From an uncultured bacterium (lineage in GTDB: Bacteria; Planctomycetota; SZUA-567; JAKLDR01), in assembly GCA_965370045.1 (NCBI GenBank), contig CBDUSI010000004.1, positions 4,787 through 68,786 on the forward strand: a DNA stretch of 64,000 bases, in the 5' to 3' direction. The position numbers and the translations under genes were made by a program. This document shows, in pieces, positions 27,331 through 36,521 of the stretch; position 1 is the first letter of the stretch, and the number at the start of each line of letters is the position of its first letter. A model generated the notes under the pieces. The model did no database searches. It was not told the origin of the DNA and was given only the letters and a program-made list of their open reading frames with translations.

Positions 27331-29583
27331 ATGGCGCGCAAGAAGGACTACCATGTTAACTCTATCGCGGTAATCGGAAACTATCTGCCGCGGCAGTGCG
27401 GCATCGGCACCTTCACCACCGACCTGTGCAACGCGCTGGCCGGGAGCATGCCGGACGGCCAGGTGCTGGCCCTGGCCATGGACGACATCGAGGGCGGCTA
27501 CGACTATCCCGAGCGGGTCAAGTTCCAGTTGCGGGCCAACGTGCAGGCCGACTATCTGCGCGCCGCGGAGTTCCTGAACGTCAACCAGTTCGACGTGGCC
27601 GTGCTCCAGCACGAGTACGGCATCTTCGGGGGAAAGTTCGGCAGGCACATCCTCCACCTGGTCGGCGAGCTGCGCATGCCGGTGCTGACCACCCTGCACA
27701 CCGTGCTGGCCGAGCCCAACAAAGATCAGCGGGACATCATCTCGGACCTGGCGGAGTGCTCCGAACGCCTGGTGGTCATGAGCCGCAAGGCCCACGAGCT
27801 CCTGCGCGACGTCTACGGGGTCCCCGAGGCCCGGGTGGCGTTGATTCCCCACGGCATCCACGACGTGCCCTTCGTGGACCCCAGCTTCCATAAAGACCAG
27901 TTCGAGTTGGAGGACCGCAAGGTAATCCTCACCTTCGGGCTGCTCTCGCCGGGCAAGGGCATCGAGAAGATGATCGAGGCCATGCCGGGCATCGTCGAGA
28001 AGCACCCCGACGCGGTCTACCTGGTGCTGGGCGCCACCCACCCGCACGTCCGGCGGGAGTTCGGCGACGCCTACCGCATCGGGCTGCAGCAGCGCGCCGG
28101 GCGGCTGGGGATGGAGGACCACGTCATCTTCCACAACTTCTTCGTGGATGTGAAGCTGCTCTGCGAATACATCGGCGCGGCGGACATCTACGTCACGCCC
28201 TACGTCAGTGAGGCGCAGATCACCTCCGGGACCCTGGCCTACGCGCTGGGCGCCGGCAAGGCGGTGGTCTCGACGCCCTACTGGCACGCCGCCGAGCTGC
28301 TGGCCGAGGATCGCGGCCGGCTGGTGCCCTTCGGGGATACCCAGGCCATGTCCGACGCGATAGTCGATCTGCTTTCCAACGACGTCGAGCGCAACGCCAT
28401 GCGCAAGCGGGCCTATCAGTACTGCCGCCCGATGGTCTGGAGCCAGGTGGCCGGGGCCTACAGGGAACTGGCTGGCGAGGTCATGAAGCAGCGGACCAAC
28501 GCGCCCAAGCCGCGCATCGAGGCCGGCAGCATACCGCGGCTCCTCAAGGAGCTGCCCGACGTCAAGCTCGGACACCTTCGCAACATGACCGACGCGGTGG
28601 GCATGCTCCAGCACGCCAAGTACGCCACCCCGGACCGCGCGCACGGCTACTGCACCGACGACAACGCCCGCGCGCTGATCGCCGCCACCATGTACGGCGC
28701 GCTCCGCGAGGACGCGGGCGTGCTGCCCCTGGTGCACACCTACATGAGCTTCATGCTCCACGCCTTCAACCGCGAGACCGGCTGCTTCCGCAACTTCATG
28801 TCCTACGAGCGCAAGTGGCTCGAGGAGGCCGGCAGCGAGGACTCCCACGGACGCGCGCTGTGGGGCCTGGGCAAGGCGGTCAAGTACAGTCCCAAGGGCG
28901 CGCTGCGCAACATGGCCACGCGCCTGTTCAACGACGCCATGCCCGCGATGGAGGGCTTCATCTCCCCGCGCGCCTGGGCCTTCGCGCTGGTGGGGCTACA
29001 CGCCTATCTCGAGGTATACGGCGGCGACGCGGCGGCGCGGCGCCTGCGGGCGCTGCTGGCCGAGCGCCTGCACCGGCTGTTCAAGGACCACGCCGACGAG
29101 GAGTGGCCCTGGTTCGAGACGGCGGTGACCTACGCCAACGCCAAGGTGCCCCACGCGCTGATCATGGCCGGGCAGTGGATGCCCGACGCGGACATCTTCG
29201 AAACCGGCATCAAGACGCTGCGCTGGCTGGTCGAGCAACAGACCTCGCCGGAGGGCAACCTGTCCACTATCGGGAACCTCGGCTGGTTGACCCGCGAGGG
29301 AGCCCGCGCCACCTTCGACCAGCAGCCCATCGAAGCCATGGCCCTGGTGGAGGCCTGCGCGGAAGCCTACCGCTCCACCGACGACGAGTACTGGCTGAAG
29401 TCCACGCAGCGCTGCCTGGAGTGGTTCATGGGTCGCAACGACCTGTCCGTGCCGCTGTATGACTTCCAGACCGGCGGCTGCTCCGACGGGCTTAACCCCA
29501 ACGGGGCCAACGCCAACCAGGGCGCGGAATCCACCCTGGCCTGGCTGGTTTCGCTGCTCACTCTGATGGAGATACTGGGTTAG
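27331..29583 (+). CDS. GT4 glycosyltransferase fused to a C-terminal (alpha/alpha)6-type domain
   Basis: GNYLPRQCGIGTFT, QHEYGIFGG, TFGLLSPGKGIE, EAQITSGTLAYALGAGKAVVSTPY. C-domain GYCTDDNARALI, EDSHGRALW, FDQQPIEA, NQGAESTLAW. Confidence 0.88.
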   Translation: MARKKDYHVNSIAVIGNYLPRQCGIGTFTTDLCNALAGSMPDGQVLALAMDDIEGGYDYPERVKFQLRANVQADYLRAAEFLNVNQFDVAVLQHEYGIFGGKFGRHILHLVGELRMPVLTTLHTVLAEPNKDQRDIISDLAECSERLVVMSRKAHELLRDVYGVPEARVALIPHGIHDVPFVDPSFHKDQFELEDRKVILTFGLLSPGKGIEKMIEAMPGIVEKHPDAVYLVLGATHPHVRREFGDAYRIGLQQRAGRLGMEDHVIFHNFFVDVKLLCEYIGAADIYVTPYVSEAQITSGTLAYALGAGKAVVSTPYWHAAELLAEDRGRLVPFGDTQAMSDAIVDLLSNDVERNAMRKRAYQYCRPMVWSQVAGAYRELAGEVMKQRTNAPKPRIEAGSIPRLLKELPDVKLGHLRNMTDAVGMLQHAKYATPDRAHGYCTDDNARALIAATMYGALREDAGVLPLVHTYMSFMLHAFNRETGCFRNFMSYERKWLEEAGSEDSHGRALWGLGKAVKYSPKGALRNMATRLFNDAMPAMEGFISPRAWAFALVGLHAYLEVYGGDAAARRLRALLAERLHRLFKDHADEEWPWFETAVTYANAKVPHALIMAGQWMPDADIFETGIKTLRWLVEQQTSPEGNLSTIGNLGWLTREGARATFDQQPIEAMALVEACAEAYRSTDDEYWLKSTQRCLEWFMGRNDLSVPLYDFQTGGCSDGLNPNGANANQGAESTLAWLVSLLTLMEILG

Positions 29584-29595
29584 TCGCGGGCGCCG

Positions 29596-31368
29596 TCAGT
29601 CACCGGGCGGAAGTCCGGGAAGCTCGCGGGCCAACGTGCCGTCGGCCCGGACCGGCCGGCCGCTGACCCAGGCGCCAGAAACGGTTTCCTCATCATCGAA
29701 ATGCAGGTACATGGTCTGGCTCGGCGCAAAGTCGTAGTAGAAGACGCGCGCCCCGTTCCGGTTCGTGGGCTCGCCTATCAGCTCGATGACCCGGTCCCCG
29801 GTAAGCCGGTGGCGCAGGCATATAGCCCCGACCTGGGCGGCCCTTTCCGGGGAAGAGTCATTCCCGAACCAGTTCTCCAATACCTGGAGCTCGTCCCCGG
29901 TCAGCTTCTCGGGGTTCTGGATTGCGGCCTCCGGCTTTCGAGCTCCCCGCAGCATCATCGGCCCGGTGACCAGCAGGCACAACCATGCCACGGCGCAGGC
30001 GGTCAGCCCGGTCAGCAGCCCGACCTTGAGCCACTCCAGGAAGGTGGCCCGGGTGCGGTAGCGCTTCTCCATCATGCCCAGAGCCACGATGTTGGCGGTG
30101 GAGCCGATCATGGTGATGTTCCCGCCGAAGCAGGCCCCGAAGAGCAGCGCCCACCACAGGGGATGCGGCCCCGAGCCGGCCAGCTGCTTGACCACCGGGA
30201 TGAAGGCGGCCACGAAGACCACGTTGTCCACGAAGGCCGAGCCCAGCGCGGAGACCAGCAGCACCGCGGGGGTCAGCAATTCCGCCCGGCCGCCCACCAG
30301 GTTGGAAAAGCCCGCGGCCATCTCCTTGTTGACGCCCACGCTCTCCAGGGTGCCGGCCACCGCGAAGAGCAGCAGGAAGAAGGTCAGGGTCCACCACTCG
30401 ACCTCGCGTTCGATGTAGTGTCGGGCGCGCTCCCGCCGCCAGATCATCAGCAGCCCCGCGGCGATCAGCGGGGCCATATAGAGCACGGCGTTGGCTTCTT
30501 CCGTCAGGCCCAGCAGCCTCTCCAGGCGGTGGTGGGCGGCGATCAGGCCGAGGGTCCCCAGGATGACGATCAGGCCCTTGCCGTAGGGCACGGTCACGGT
30601 GGGTCCCAGCCCCAGGGCGTGCCGCCGCCGGTGAACCATGCGCTCGGTGAGCTGGTTGATTTCCTTGCGATACCAGAACATCAGCAGCCCGACGGTGGAG
30701 GTCAGCGAGACCAGCATCACCGGGAAAGCCCAGATAATGAAGTCCTCGAAGGTCAAGCCCGCCTTGTCACCGATGAGGATGCCCACCGGGTTGCCCAGCA
30801 TGGTCCCCGCCGAACCCACGTTGGTGGCCATGACGCAAATTATGAGGAACGGAGTGGGCCGCACCTTGAGCGTATCGCAGACCTGGAAGATCAACGCGGC
30901 CATGAACAGGATGCTGGTCACCTCGTCCACCGCGCAGGCGGTCAGCGCCGAGACCAAGGTGGTCACCAGCACGAAACGCGGACCGGTCATGCCCTTCATC
31001 TTGAGAATGCCCTGGATTATCCAGGTGAAGAAACCCAGGTCGCGCAGCACCCCGACCACCACCATCATGCCCACCAGGAACATGATAACCTGCAACGAGC
31101 TGTGGTGCCGGAAACCCTCCAGGGTCAGCGACTTGGTCATCACCAGAGCGGCCAGGCCCAGGAAGGCGATGGCCAGCCGGAAGGTCCAGAAGAACAGCGT
31201 AGAGAGGATGATCACCAGGAAGACCGTGACCGCGGTGGTCTGGGCGGACGACAGACTCCACTGGAAACGGCAGAGAAGCGCCACGGCACCGGCGGCGGCG
31301 GCGATGACCGCCATGCGCAGCAGCATGGCGCGCAGGGGCATCACCTGGCTGTCGGCGTCGGTGGTCAT
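29596..31368 (-). CDS. ArsB/NhaD (SLC13/CitMHS-like) permease with a soluble C-terminal extension
   Basis: Many TM helices, VDEVTSIL, TNVGSAGTMLGNPVGILIG, SAFVDNVVFVA, GACFGGNITMIGSTANIV. Confidence 0.88.
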   Translation of the reverse strand: MTTDADSQVMPLRAMLLRMAVIAAAAGAVALLCRFQWSLSSAQTTAVTVFLVIILSTLFFWTFRLAIAFLGLAALVMTKSLTLEGFRHHSSLQVIMFLVGMMVVVGVLRDLGFFTWIIQGILKMKGMTGPRFVLVTTLVSALTACAVDEVTSILFMAALIFQVCDTLKVRPTPFLIICVMATNVGSAGTMLGNPVGILIGDKAGLTFEDFIIWAFPVMLVSLTSTVGLLMFWYRKEINQLTERMVHRRRHALGLGPTVTVPYGKGLIVILGTLGLIAAHHRLERLLGLTEEANAVLYMAPLIAAGLLMIWRRERARHYIEREVEWWTLTFFLLLFAVAGTLESVGVNKEMAAGFSNLVGGRAELLTPAVLLVSALGSAFVDNVVFVAAFIPVVKQLAGSGPHPLWWALLFGACFGGNITMIGSTANIVALGMMEKRYRTRATFLEWLKVGLLTGLTACAVAWLCLLVTGPMMLRGARKPEAAIQNPEKLTGDELQVLENWFGNDSSPERAAQVGAICLRHRLTGDRVIELIGEPTNRNGARVFYYDFAPSQTMYLHFDDEETVSGAWVSGRPVRADGTLARELPGLPPGD

Positions 31369-31375
31369 CTCTCTC

Positions 31376-32305
31376 CTAAGCGCGCATGACCTTGTTGATG
31401 AAATCCTGCATGGTGATGACCCCCAGCAGCTTGCGGCCGCGGACCACCAGCACCTGGCGGACCTCGCGCTTCATCATCACCTTGGCGACCTGGACTGCGG
31501 GGGTCTTCTCTTCCACGGTGGCGTAGCGGTCGCTCATCATCATGATCTCGACCACCGGGGCTTCCGCCTCGGTCTTGAGCACCTCGGCGAAGGGTTCGAA
31601 GTGCAGGATGGGCGAAAGGTCGTCCATCCAGGTGATGTAATCGGGCAGGCATACCCGCAGGAGCTCGTCCTCGCTGACCACCCCGGCGAGGTCGCCCTCC
31701 TCGTCGATCACCGGGATCTCGCTGATGCTCAGGCGAACGAACTCGTCAATGGCCTTGCGCAGCGGATCACTGGTCCTGAGGCGCGGGTAGCTGCGGTTCA
31801 TCATGTCCCGCGCGGAAACGTAGTCGGAAAGCTGCCCCCCGTTCTGGTCGAAGGCCTTCCAGACCTCCGCTGGCTCCTCCAACGCGGCGAGATGCTCGAC
31901 GATGTCCTGGTGCTGCGAGCAGGCCCGGGCCAGGGCCGCCTGGGCCTGAAGGTAGCCGCCGGGATCCTCGGCGGGAGTGAGGATCAGCACGATCAGCCTG
32001 GCGGGGTGCTCGTCGGGCGTGGGGAAAGTGATGCCCTCGCGGCTGGTGGCCACGGCCACGTGCAGGCCGGGCAGGCCCTCCAGGCGCGCGTGTGGCACCA
32101 CGATGCCCGGCGCCAGCGCGGTGGGGCCCAGCTTCTCGCGCGCCAGCACCAGGCGGTAGGCCTCGCCGATGTCGCTGAGGTCTCCGGTGACGGCAACCAA
32201 CTCCACTAGCCGCTTGATGGCCTCGTCGCGGCCCACGCCGGTAAGGTTACAGATTACCTGTTCGGGACCGAAGAGCGAGGAGAACTTGATACCCTTGTCC
32301 GGCAC
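31376..32305 (-). CDS. PTS EIIA (Ntr/Fru-type) domain fused to a CBS pair
   Basis: LAREKLGPTALAPGIVVPHARL with the conserved His. CBS motifs (IPVIDEEGDLAGVVSEDEL, VLVVRGRKLLGVITMQD). Confidence 0.88.
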   Translation of the reverse strand: MPDKGIKFSSLFGPEQVICNLTGVGRDEAIKRLVELVAVTGDLSDIGEAYRLVLAREKLGPTALAPGIVVPHARLEGLPGLHVAVATSREGITFPTPDEHPARLIVLILTPAEDPGGYLQAQAALARACSQHQDIVEHLAALEEPAEVWKAFDQNGGQLSDYVSARDMMNRSYPRLRTSDPLRKAIDEFVRLSISEIPVIDEEGDLAGVVSEDELLRVCLPDYITWMDDLSPILHFEPFAEVLKTEAEAPVVEIMMMSDRYATVEEKTPAVQVAKVMMKREVRQVLVVRGRKLLGVITMQDFINKVMRA

Positions 32306-32425
32306 GGAGGCACCTCACAGGAGTTCAGACTGTACAGCCCGGCGGCACCAATGCTAATTGGCAAACGGGCGGCGCGCAAGGACCTGTTGGATTGCGCGGG
32401 GGCCGGTCCTTCTCCATTGCAGCAG

Positions 32426-33169
32426 TCAGGGGGTCTGTGGAGGCGACGTCTCGCTGCCGGACGGCGCCGCGCCCAGCCACTTCATGCGTCCGGCGCCCCG
32501 GTAGATGAAGTATCCGGCGAAGCCGATCAGGAAGATGCCGCAGATGACGATCAGCAGCCGGTAGACGCGGTCTGTCAATAGCCGGCGGCCCCTGGAGACC
32601 GTCCAGGTCACCATCCAGTACCAGAGCAGGTCCGCGGTGATGTGCGCCACGAAGAAGACCGCTATGCCCCGCCAGCCCAGGGTGGCGGCGAGCGTGACGC
32701 AGAAGAGCCCCGTGGTGATCCACCACGCGATCCAGTAGGGATTGGCCAGGCTGACCAGCGCCCCGGAGAGCACCGCACTCGCGGCGGCCAGCCGTCGCCG
32801 GCCGGGCGCGTCCTTGTCCCGGGCCTGGGTGAGGCTCGCCGCGCTGGCCTTTCCGACGCTGCGCAGCATCAAGAACCCCATGGCCAGGAGCATGGCCCCG
32901 CCCACGAAGGCCACCGCCGCGAACGGCACGTCGCGCTTGAGAAACTGGCCCAGCCCCAGGTACACCAGCACCACCACCGTGGCTTCCAGTATCCCGTGCC
33001 CCAGGGTCAAGAGTGGCCCGGCGCGGTGACCCTGGCGAGCACCCTCGCGCACCGCGGCGACCAGCAGGGGCCCGGGCATCAGCGCCCCGGAGAGGGCTAT
33101 CACGAACGAGCCGGCGGCCAGCCCCACCAACCCCGCGGCCTCGACCCAGTTGCTGAGAAAATCGGGCAA
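32426..33169 (-). CDS. LysE-family translocator
   Basis: ALSGALMPGP, GPLLTLGHGILE, SLANPYWIAWW. TTG start after GAGGAG. The 769-aa ORF call includes an antisense shadow upstream. Confidence 0.85.
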   Translation of the reverse strand: MPDFLSNWVEAAGLVGLAAGSFVIALSGALMPGPLLVAAVREGARQGHRAGPLLTLGHGILEATVVVLVYLGLGQFLKRDVPFAAVAFVGGAMLLAMGFLMLRSVGKASAASLTQARDKDAPGRRRLAAASAVLSGALVSLANPYWIAWWITTGLFCVTLAATLGWRGIAVFFVAHITADLLWYWMVTWTVSRGRRLLTDRVYRLLIVICGIFLIGFAGYFIYRGAGRMKWLGAAPSGSETSPPQTP

Positions 33170-33304
33170 GTGTTCTCTCCTCGCGACAATTGTAACCGGG
33201 CGGGGCGGACAAGCGGGGACGTTTTTCCACTGTGGACCGGCCGCGCCGCGCGGCGTAGAATGTGCCCAGCGGGGCGCGGCGCGTCCCCGGAGGAGGAGAG
33301 GCCC

Positions 33305-34603
33305 TTGCCCGGCGAGGACCCCCACAGCGACCGCTTCTACAAGAGCCTGATCAGCGAGATACGCCGCTCGCGGCGGCCGGTGACCATCATGTTCACCGAC
33401 GTGGAGGGCTCCACGCACTACTGGGACGCGCACGGGGACGTCAAGGGCCGGCTGATGGTCGACCTGCACAACCGCCTGATCTGCCCGGTCATCACCCGCT
33501 ACCGTGGCAAGGTGGTCAAGCACGTGGGCGACGCGATCATGGCCTCCTTCACCTCGCCGGGGAACGCGCTCAAGGCAGCCATCGGGATTCAGCAGATTCT
33601 GCACCAGCGCCGCAGCAAGGAGGGCAGCCTGCTCCCCAAGGTGCGCGTCGGCGTGCACACCGGCAAGGCGCTGGTGGAGAGCGATGACGTCTTCGGCGAC
33701 ATGGTCAACGTGGCCGCCAGGGTGGGGGACTACGCCAAGGGCTGCGAGATATGCGTCTCGGGCAGCACCGCCGCCAAAGTGAAGAAGAAGGCCTTCAAGC
33801 TGGCCAAGACCGGATCGTTCCTGCCCAAGGGCAAGCGCAAGCCGATCACCATCTACGAGTGCCAGTGGCGGGCGCACCCCAGCCTGATCGACGACGTGGA
33901 CGAGCGCCGCCCGCTGCCGCTTATCCGCCGGCAGAAGCTGGAGCTCGCCGGCTACTTCCTGGCCGCGATGGGCGTCTTCTATTTTCTGTGCCACCGCTAC
34001 GCGCGCCACCTGGCGCTCGACAACGAACGCCTGGCCGTGCTGGCCCGCAAGCTCTGGGCCGCCAACCTGTCCATATCGCTTGTGCTGGCGGCGGTCGCCG
34101 CCGCGGCCCTGGGCCTCCTGGTCTGGCGAAAAGCGCGTTCCAGCCAGCTTCCTTTTCGCATACTCAAGGGCGGGTTCGGGTTCGCGGTGGCCTTCACCCT
34201 TTTCTACCTGCCGGCCGAGTTCCTGCCCCTGGACATCGGTCCCAAGTGGGACGAGGAGATTGATGGCGCGCGGCACCCCTTCGTCCGCGTCGAGCAGGAC
34301 GAAGTCGGGGTCCACCAGGAGCCAGTGCAGACCTCGCCGACGGTCGGCAGGGCCAACGCGGGCGACATCCTGATTCTCGCGACCGTGGCCGACAAGGGCA
34401 AGCGCAGCTGGTTCAAGGTGCTGCTTGACCGGGACGTGTACGGCTGGATTCCCGAGGAGGTCCCGCCCACGATTGGCGAGCCGGGCCGGCGGCTGGCGAC
34501 CATCACCGAGTTCTCGTTCAAGTACAGGGACCTCTACGCGCTGGCCGCCGGACTGCTGGGCTTCCTGTGGGGCGCGCTGAGCTTCAGAATCCGGCCGGCT
34601 TGA
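33305..34603 (+). CDS. Class III adenylate cyclase with TM helices and a C-terminal SH3b-like domain
   Basis: TIMFTDVEGST, VKHVGDAIMA, RVGVHTG, DVFGDMVNVAAR. TTG start after GGAGGAGGAG (ATG 33260 is an alternative). SH3-like VHQEP...ANAGDILILAT...WFKVLLDRDVYGWIP. Confidence 0.85.
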   Translation: MPGEDPHSDRFYKSLISEIRRSRRPVTIMFTDVEGSTHYWDAHGDVKGRLMVDLHNRLICPVITRYRGKVVKHVGDAIMASFTSPGNALKAAIGIQQILHQRRSKEGSLLPKVRVGVHTGKALVESDDVFGDMVNVAARVGDYAKGCEICVSGSTAAKVKKKAFKLAKTGSFLPKGKRKPITIYECQWRAHPSLIDDVDERRPLPLIRRQKLELAGYFLAAMGVFYFLCHRYARHLALDNERLAVLARKLWAANLSISLVLAAVAAAALGLLVWRKARSSQLPFRILKGGFGFAVAFTLFYLPAEFLPLDIGPKWDEEIDGARHPFVRVEQDEVGVHQEPVQTSPTVGRANAGDILILATVADKGKRSWFKVLLDRDVYGWIPEEVPPTIGEPGRRLATITEFSFKYRDLYALAAGLLGFLWGALSFRIRPA

Positions 34604-34616
34604 GGGGAGAGGGGAC

Positions 34617-35015
34617 TTGAGCAAGTCGCAGCGGTTCGAGTTGATGATCACGATAACTCCGGACCTGCGTACGCTGTTCTCCGCATTCGCGCGCGTGTTG
34701 GGCGTTAAGTTCAAAGAGGAGGAAGTCGCGCACATCTTCGTTGACGCTGAGACAGACCCCGAAGGGTTCGTGGACTCCTCTGAGAAGAGCTATGTATTCT
34801 ATGACAGGGGCAAGCTGGTGGTCAGGGGTGAAGTTGGCGAATATGAACCCGAAACCATAGAACTTGTCATAGAAGGGGCCAAGCGGTTTCACGGCAAGCT
34901 GTCACAGGTCTACAAGGATTTCGAATGGCTCTCAGGAGCCTGCGAACGGTCCGGCGAAGAAAACATGGCGCTCTTCAGGAAGGCAACCGCCGGCATCGTC
35001 GACTGGGATAAGTAA
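34617..35015 (+). CDS. Hypothetical protein
   Basis: 132-aa ORF with TTG start after GAGGGGA. It fills the gap between genes and is visibly more AT-rich. Confidence 0.55.
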   Translation: MSKSQRFELMITITPDLRTLFSAFARVLGVKFKEEEVAHIFVDAETDPEGFVDSSEKSYVFYDRGKLVVRGEVGEYEPETIELVIEGAKRFHGKLSQVYKDFEWLSGACERSGEENMALFRKATAGIVDWDK

Positions 35016-35076
35016 GCCGCCTGTCGCACTACTTCCCTGCGGCTTGAGCGTCGGCCCGTGGAATTCCCCCGCCCGC

Positions 35077-36483
35077 TCAGGCGATGATTTCCACCTCGCC
35101 GAGCTCGTACCAGCCATCGTCGGCGCGGCCCTCGTTGGCCAGCAGGACCCGCGGGCGGCGGTCGTGCGGACAGAGCAGCGCGGTGCGCAGCCGGTAGCGG
35201 CCGGGGGCCGCGTCCGGCGGAAGCGGCAGGTCCTTTTCGATGTGCTGATAGCCGGGCAGCCAGCCGGCGGTGCTGGCGGCCAGCTCCAGGACGTGCTCGG
35301 CCTTCTCGCTCTTGAGCCCCAGCGCCGCGGGGTATCCCGCGTACGGCGGGGCCACGCCGCGGTTCTCCCAGGTAGCTTCGACGTGCAGACCCTCACCGGC
35401 GCGCACCTCGGCTGGCCAGACCAGCCGGCGCAGGGCGATGCGGTAGCCCATGTTCCCGAGCAGGCGGTTGATCTGGGGCCAATACTCCTCGGGCACCGCC
35501 GAGGACTTCAGGTTGATCGAGGTCACGTGCCAGCGGAGCGCCTGGTCGACTATGTAATCGATGTCCCAGCCCTCGTCGAACCACTTGCCCATCACCCAGC
35601 AGGTCTCCAGCGAGACCGGGCCGCGCTTCCAGGCCTCCTGCGTCCCGGCGGCGCACAGCGCCTGGTTGTAGAAGTCGAGCATGTGGTTCCACTCGGGGTT
35701 GAAGCCGCCCATGTCTCCCCAGCAGTCCAGCCGCCAGCCGCAGCCCCGCTCGCAGGCGTAGGCCATCCGCGGGTGCTTGGAGATGAGCATGGCCTTGCGG
35801 GTCGTGGGCCAGGCCTCCAGGCAGAGGTCGATGCCTCTCTCCCACAGCTCCGGCGGACCCATGCGGCCGTCCGAGCGGTGCCACTCGCCCCAGTGTCCGA
35901 AGAGGGCCACGTCTATCATGTTGATCCGCGGGTCGCCGTCGTAGCGCTCGCCGATTGCGCGGATCATCCCCCCGAAGTGATCCAGGTAGGCGGGGTCCTC
36001 GTAGTCCGGCAGCCACTTGCCGGCCGCGCCGCCGGGCGGCGGGCCTGAGGGCCCCGCGGACCACTCGTCTATCTGCCGGCCCTTGGCCGTCCCGCCGCGC
36101 CCGACCTTCTCCTTGTACCAGTCGGGGACGGTGACCTCCCCGTTGTGGGGCATGATGCGCAGGTCGAGCTGCTGGCCGCGGGCGGCCGCCGAGCGGCAGG
36201 CGTTCTCGATGATCTCCCAGCGCACGACGCCGGGCTCGGGGTTGAGCGTCGCCCAGTACCAGCGGCAGTAGGCGATGGTGGTCTCCGGGAAGTCCGGGGC
36301 GGGGGCGGGCCGGCAGTCACCGGGCGGCGCGCCGGCATGCGGGAACTCCTCGGGGCCGAACTCTGACCACGTCTGCCCGGGAAAGAGCGGGTCGCCGTTG
36401 AAGCGCTGGAAGGTGGTGAACCCCATGTTGGGGTTCACCAGCAAGTCGTCGATCAGCTTGGGACGGGCCTTGCGCGTATCCAT
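35077..36483 (-). CDS. DUF4832-type putative glycoside hydrolase (GH42-like TIM barrel)
   Basis: LVNPNMGF, YCRWYWATLNPEPG, PDYEDPAYL, RYDGDPR, FGHWGEWH, GWRLDCWGD, LGNMGYRIALR. Confidence 0.75.
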   Translation of the reverse strand: MDTRKARPKLIDDLLVNPNMGFTTFQRFNGDPLFPGQTWSEFGPEEFPHAGAPPGDCRPAPAPDFPETTIAYCRWYWATLNPEPGVVRWEIIENACRSAAARGQQLDLRIMPHNGEVTVPDWYKEKVGRGGTAKGRQIDEWSAGPSGPPPGGAAGKWLPDYEDPAYLDHFGGMIRAIGERYDGDPRINMIDVALFGHWGEWHRSDGRMGPPELWERGIDLCLEAWPTTRKAMLISKHPRMAYACERGCGWRLDCWGDMGGFNPEWNHMLDFYNQALCAAGTQEAWKRGPVSLETCWVMGKWFDEGWDIDYIVDQALRWHVTSINLKSSAVPEEYWPQINRLLGNMGYRIALRRLVWPAEVRAGEGLHVEATWENRGVAPPYAGYPAALGLKSEKAEHVLELAASTAGWLPGYQHIEKDLPLPPDAAPGRYRLRTALLCPHDRRPRVLLANEGRADDGWYELGEVEIIA

Positions 36484-36487
36484 CGCT

Positions 36488-36521
36488 TCAGACTCCCCCT
36501 CAGACTCCCCCTAAACTCCCC
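36488..36521. repeat. 12-nt tandem repeat at a gene junction
   Basis: TCAGACTCCCCC twice, plus TAAACTCCCC. Confidence 0.7.

Noticed and set aside
32642-33259. N-terminal extension of the cyclase ORF
   Set aside because: It overlaps LysE on the opposite strand. A strong SD and TTG at 33305 give a better start.
33170-34735. Apparent 769-aa LysE fusion (ORF 32426-34735)
   Set aside because: The upstream part is the antisense of the adenylate cyclase. LysE has its own SD and TTG at 33169.
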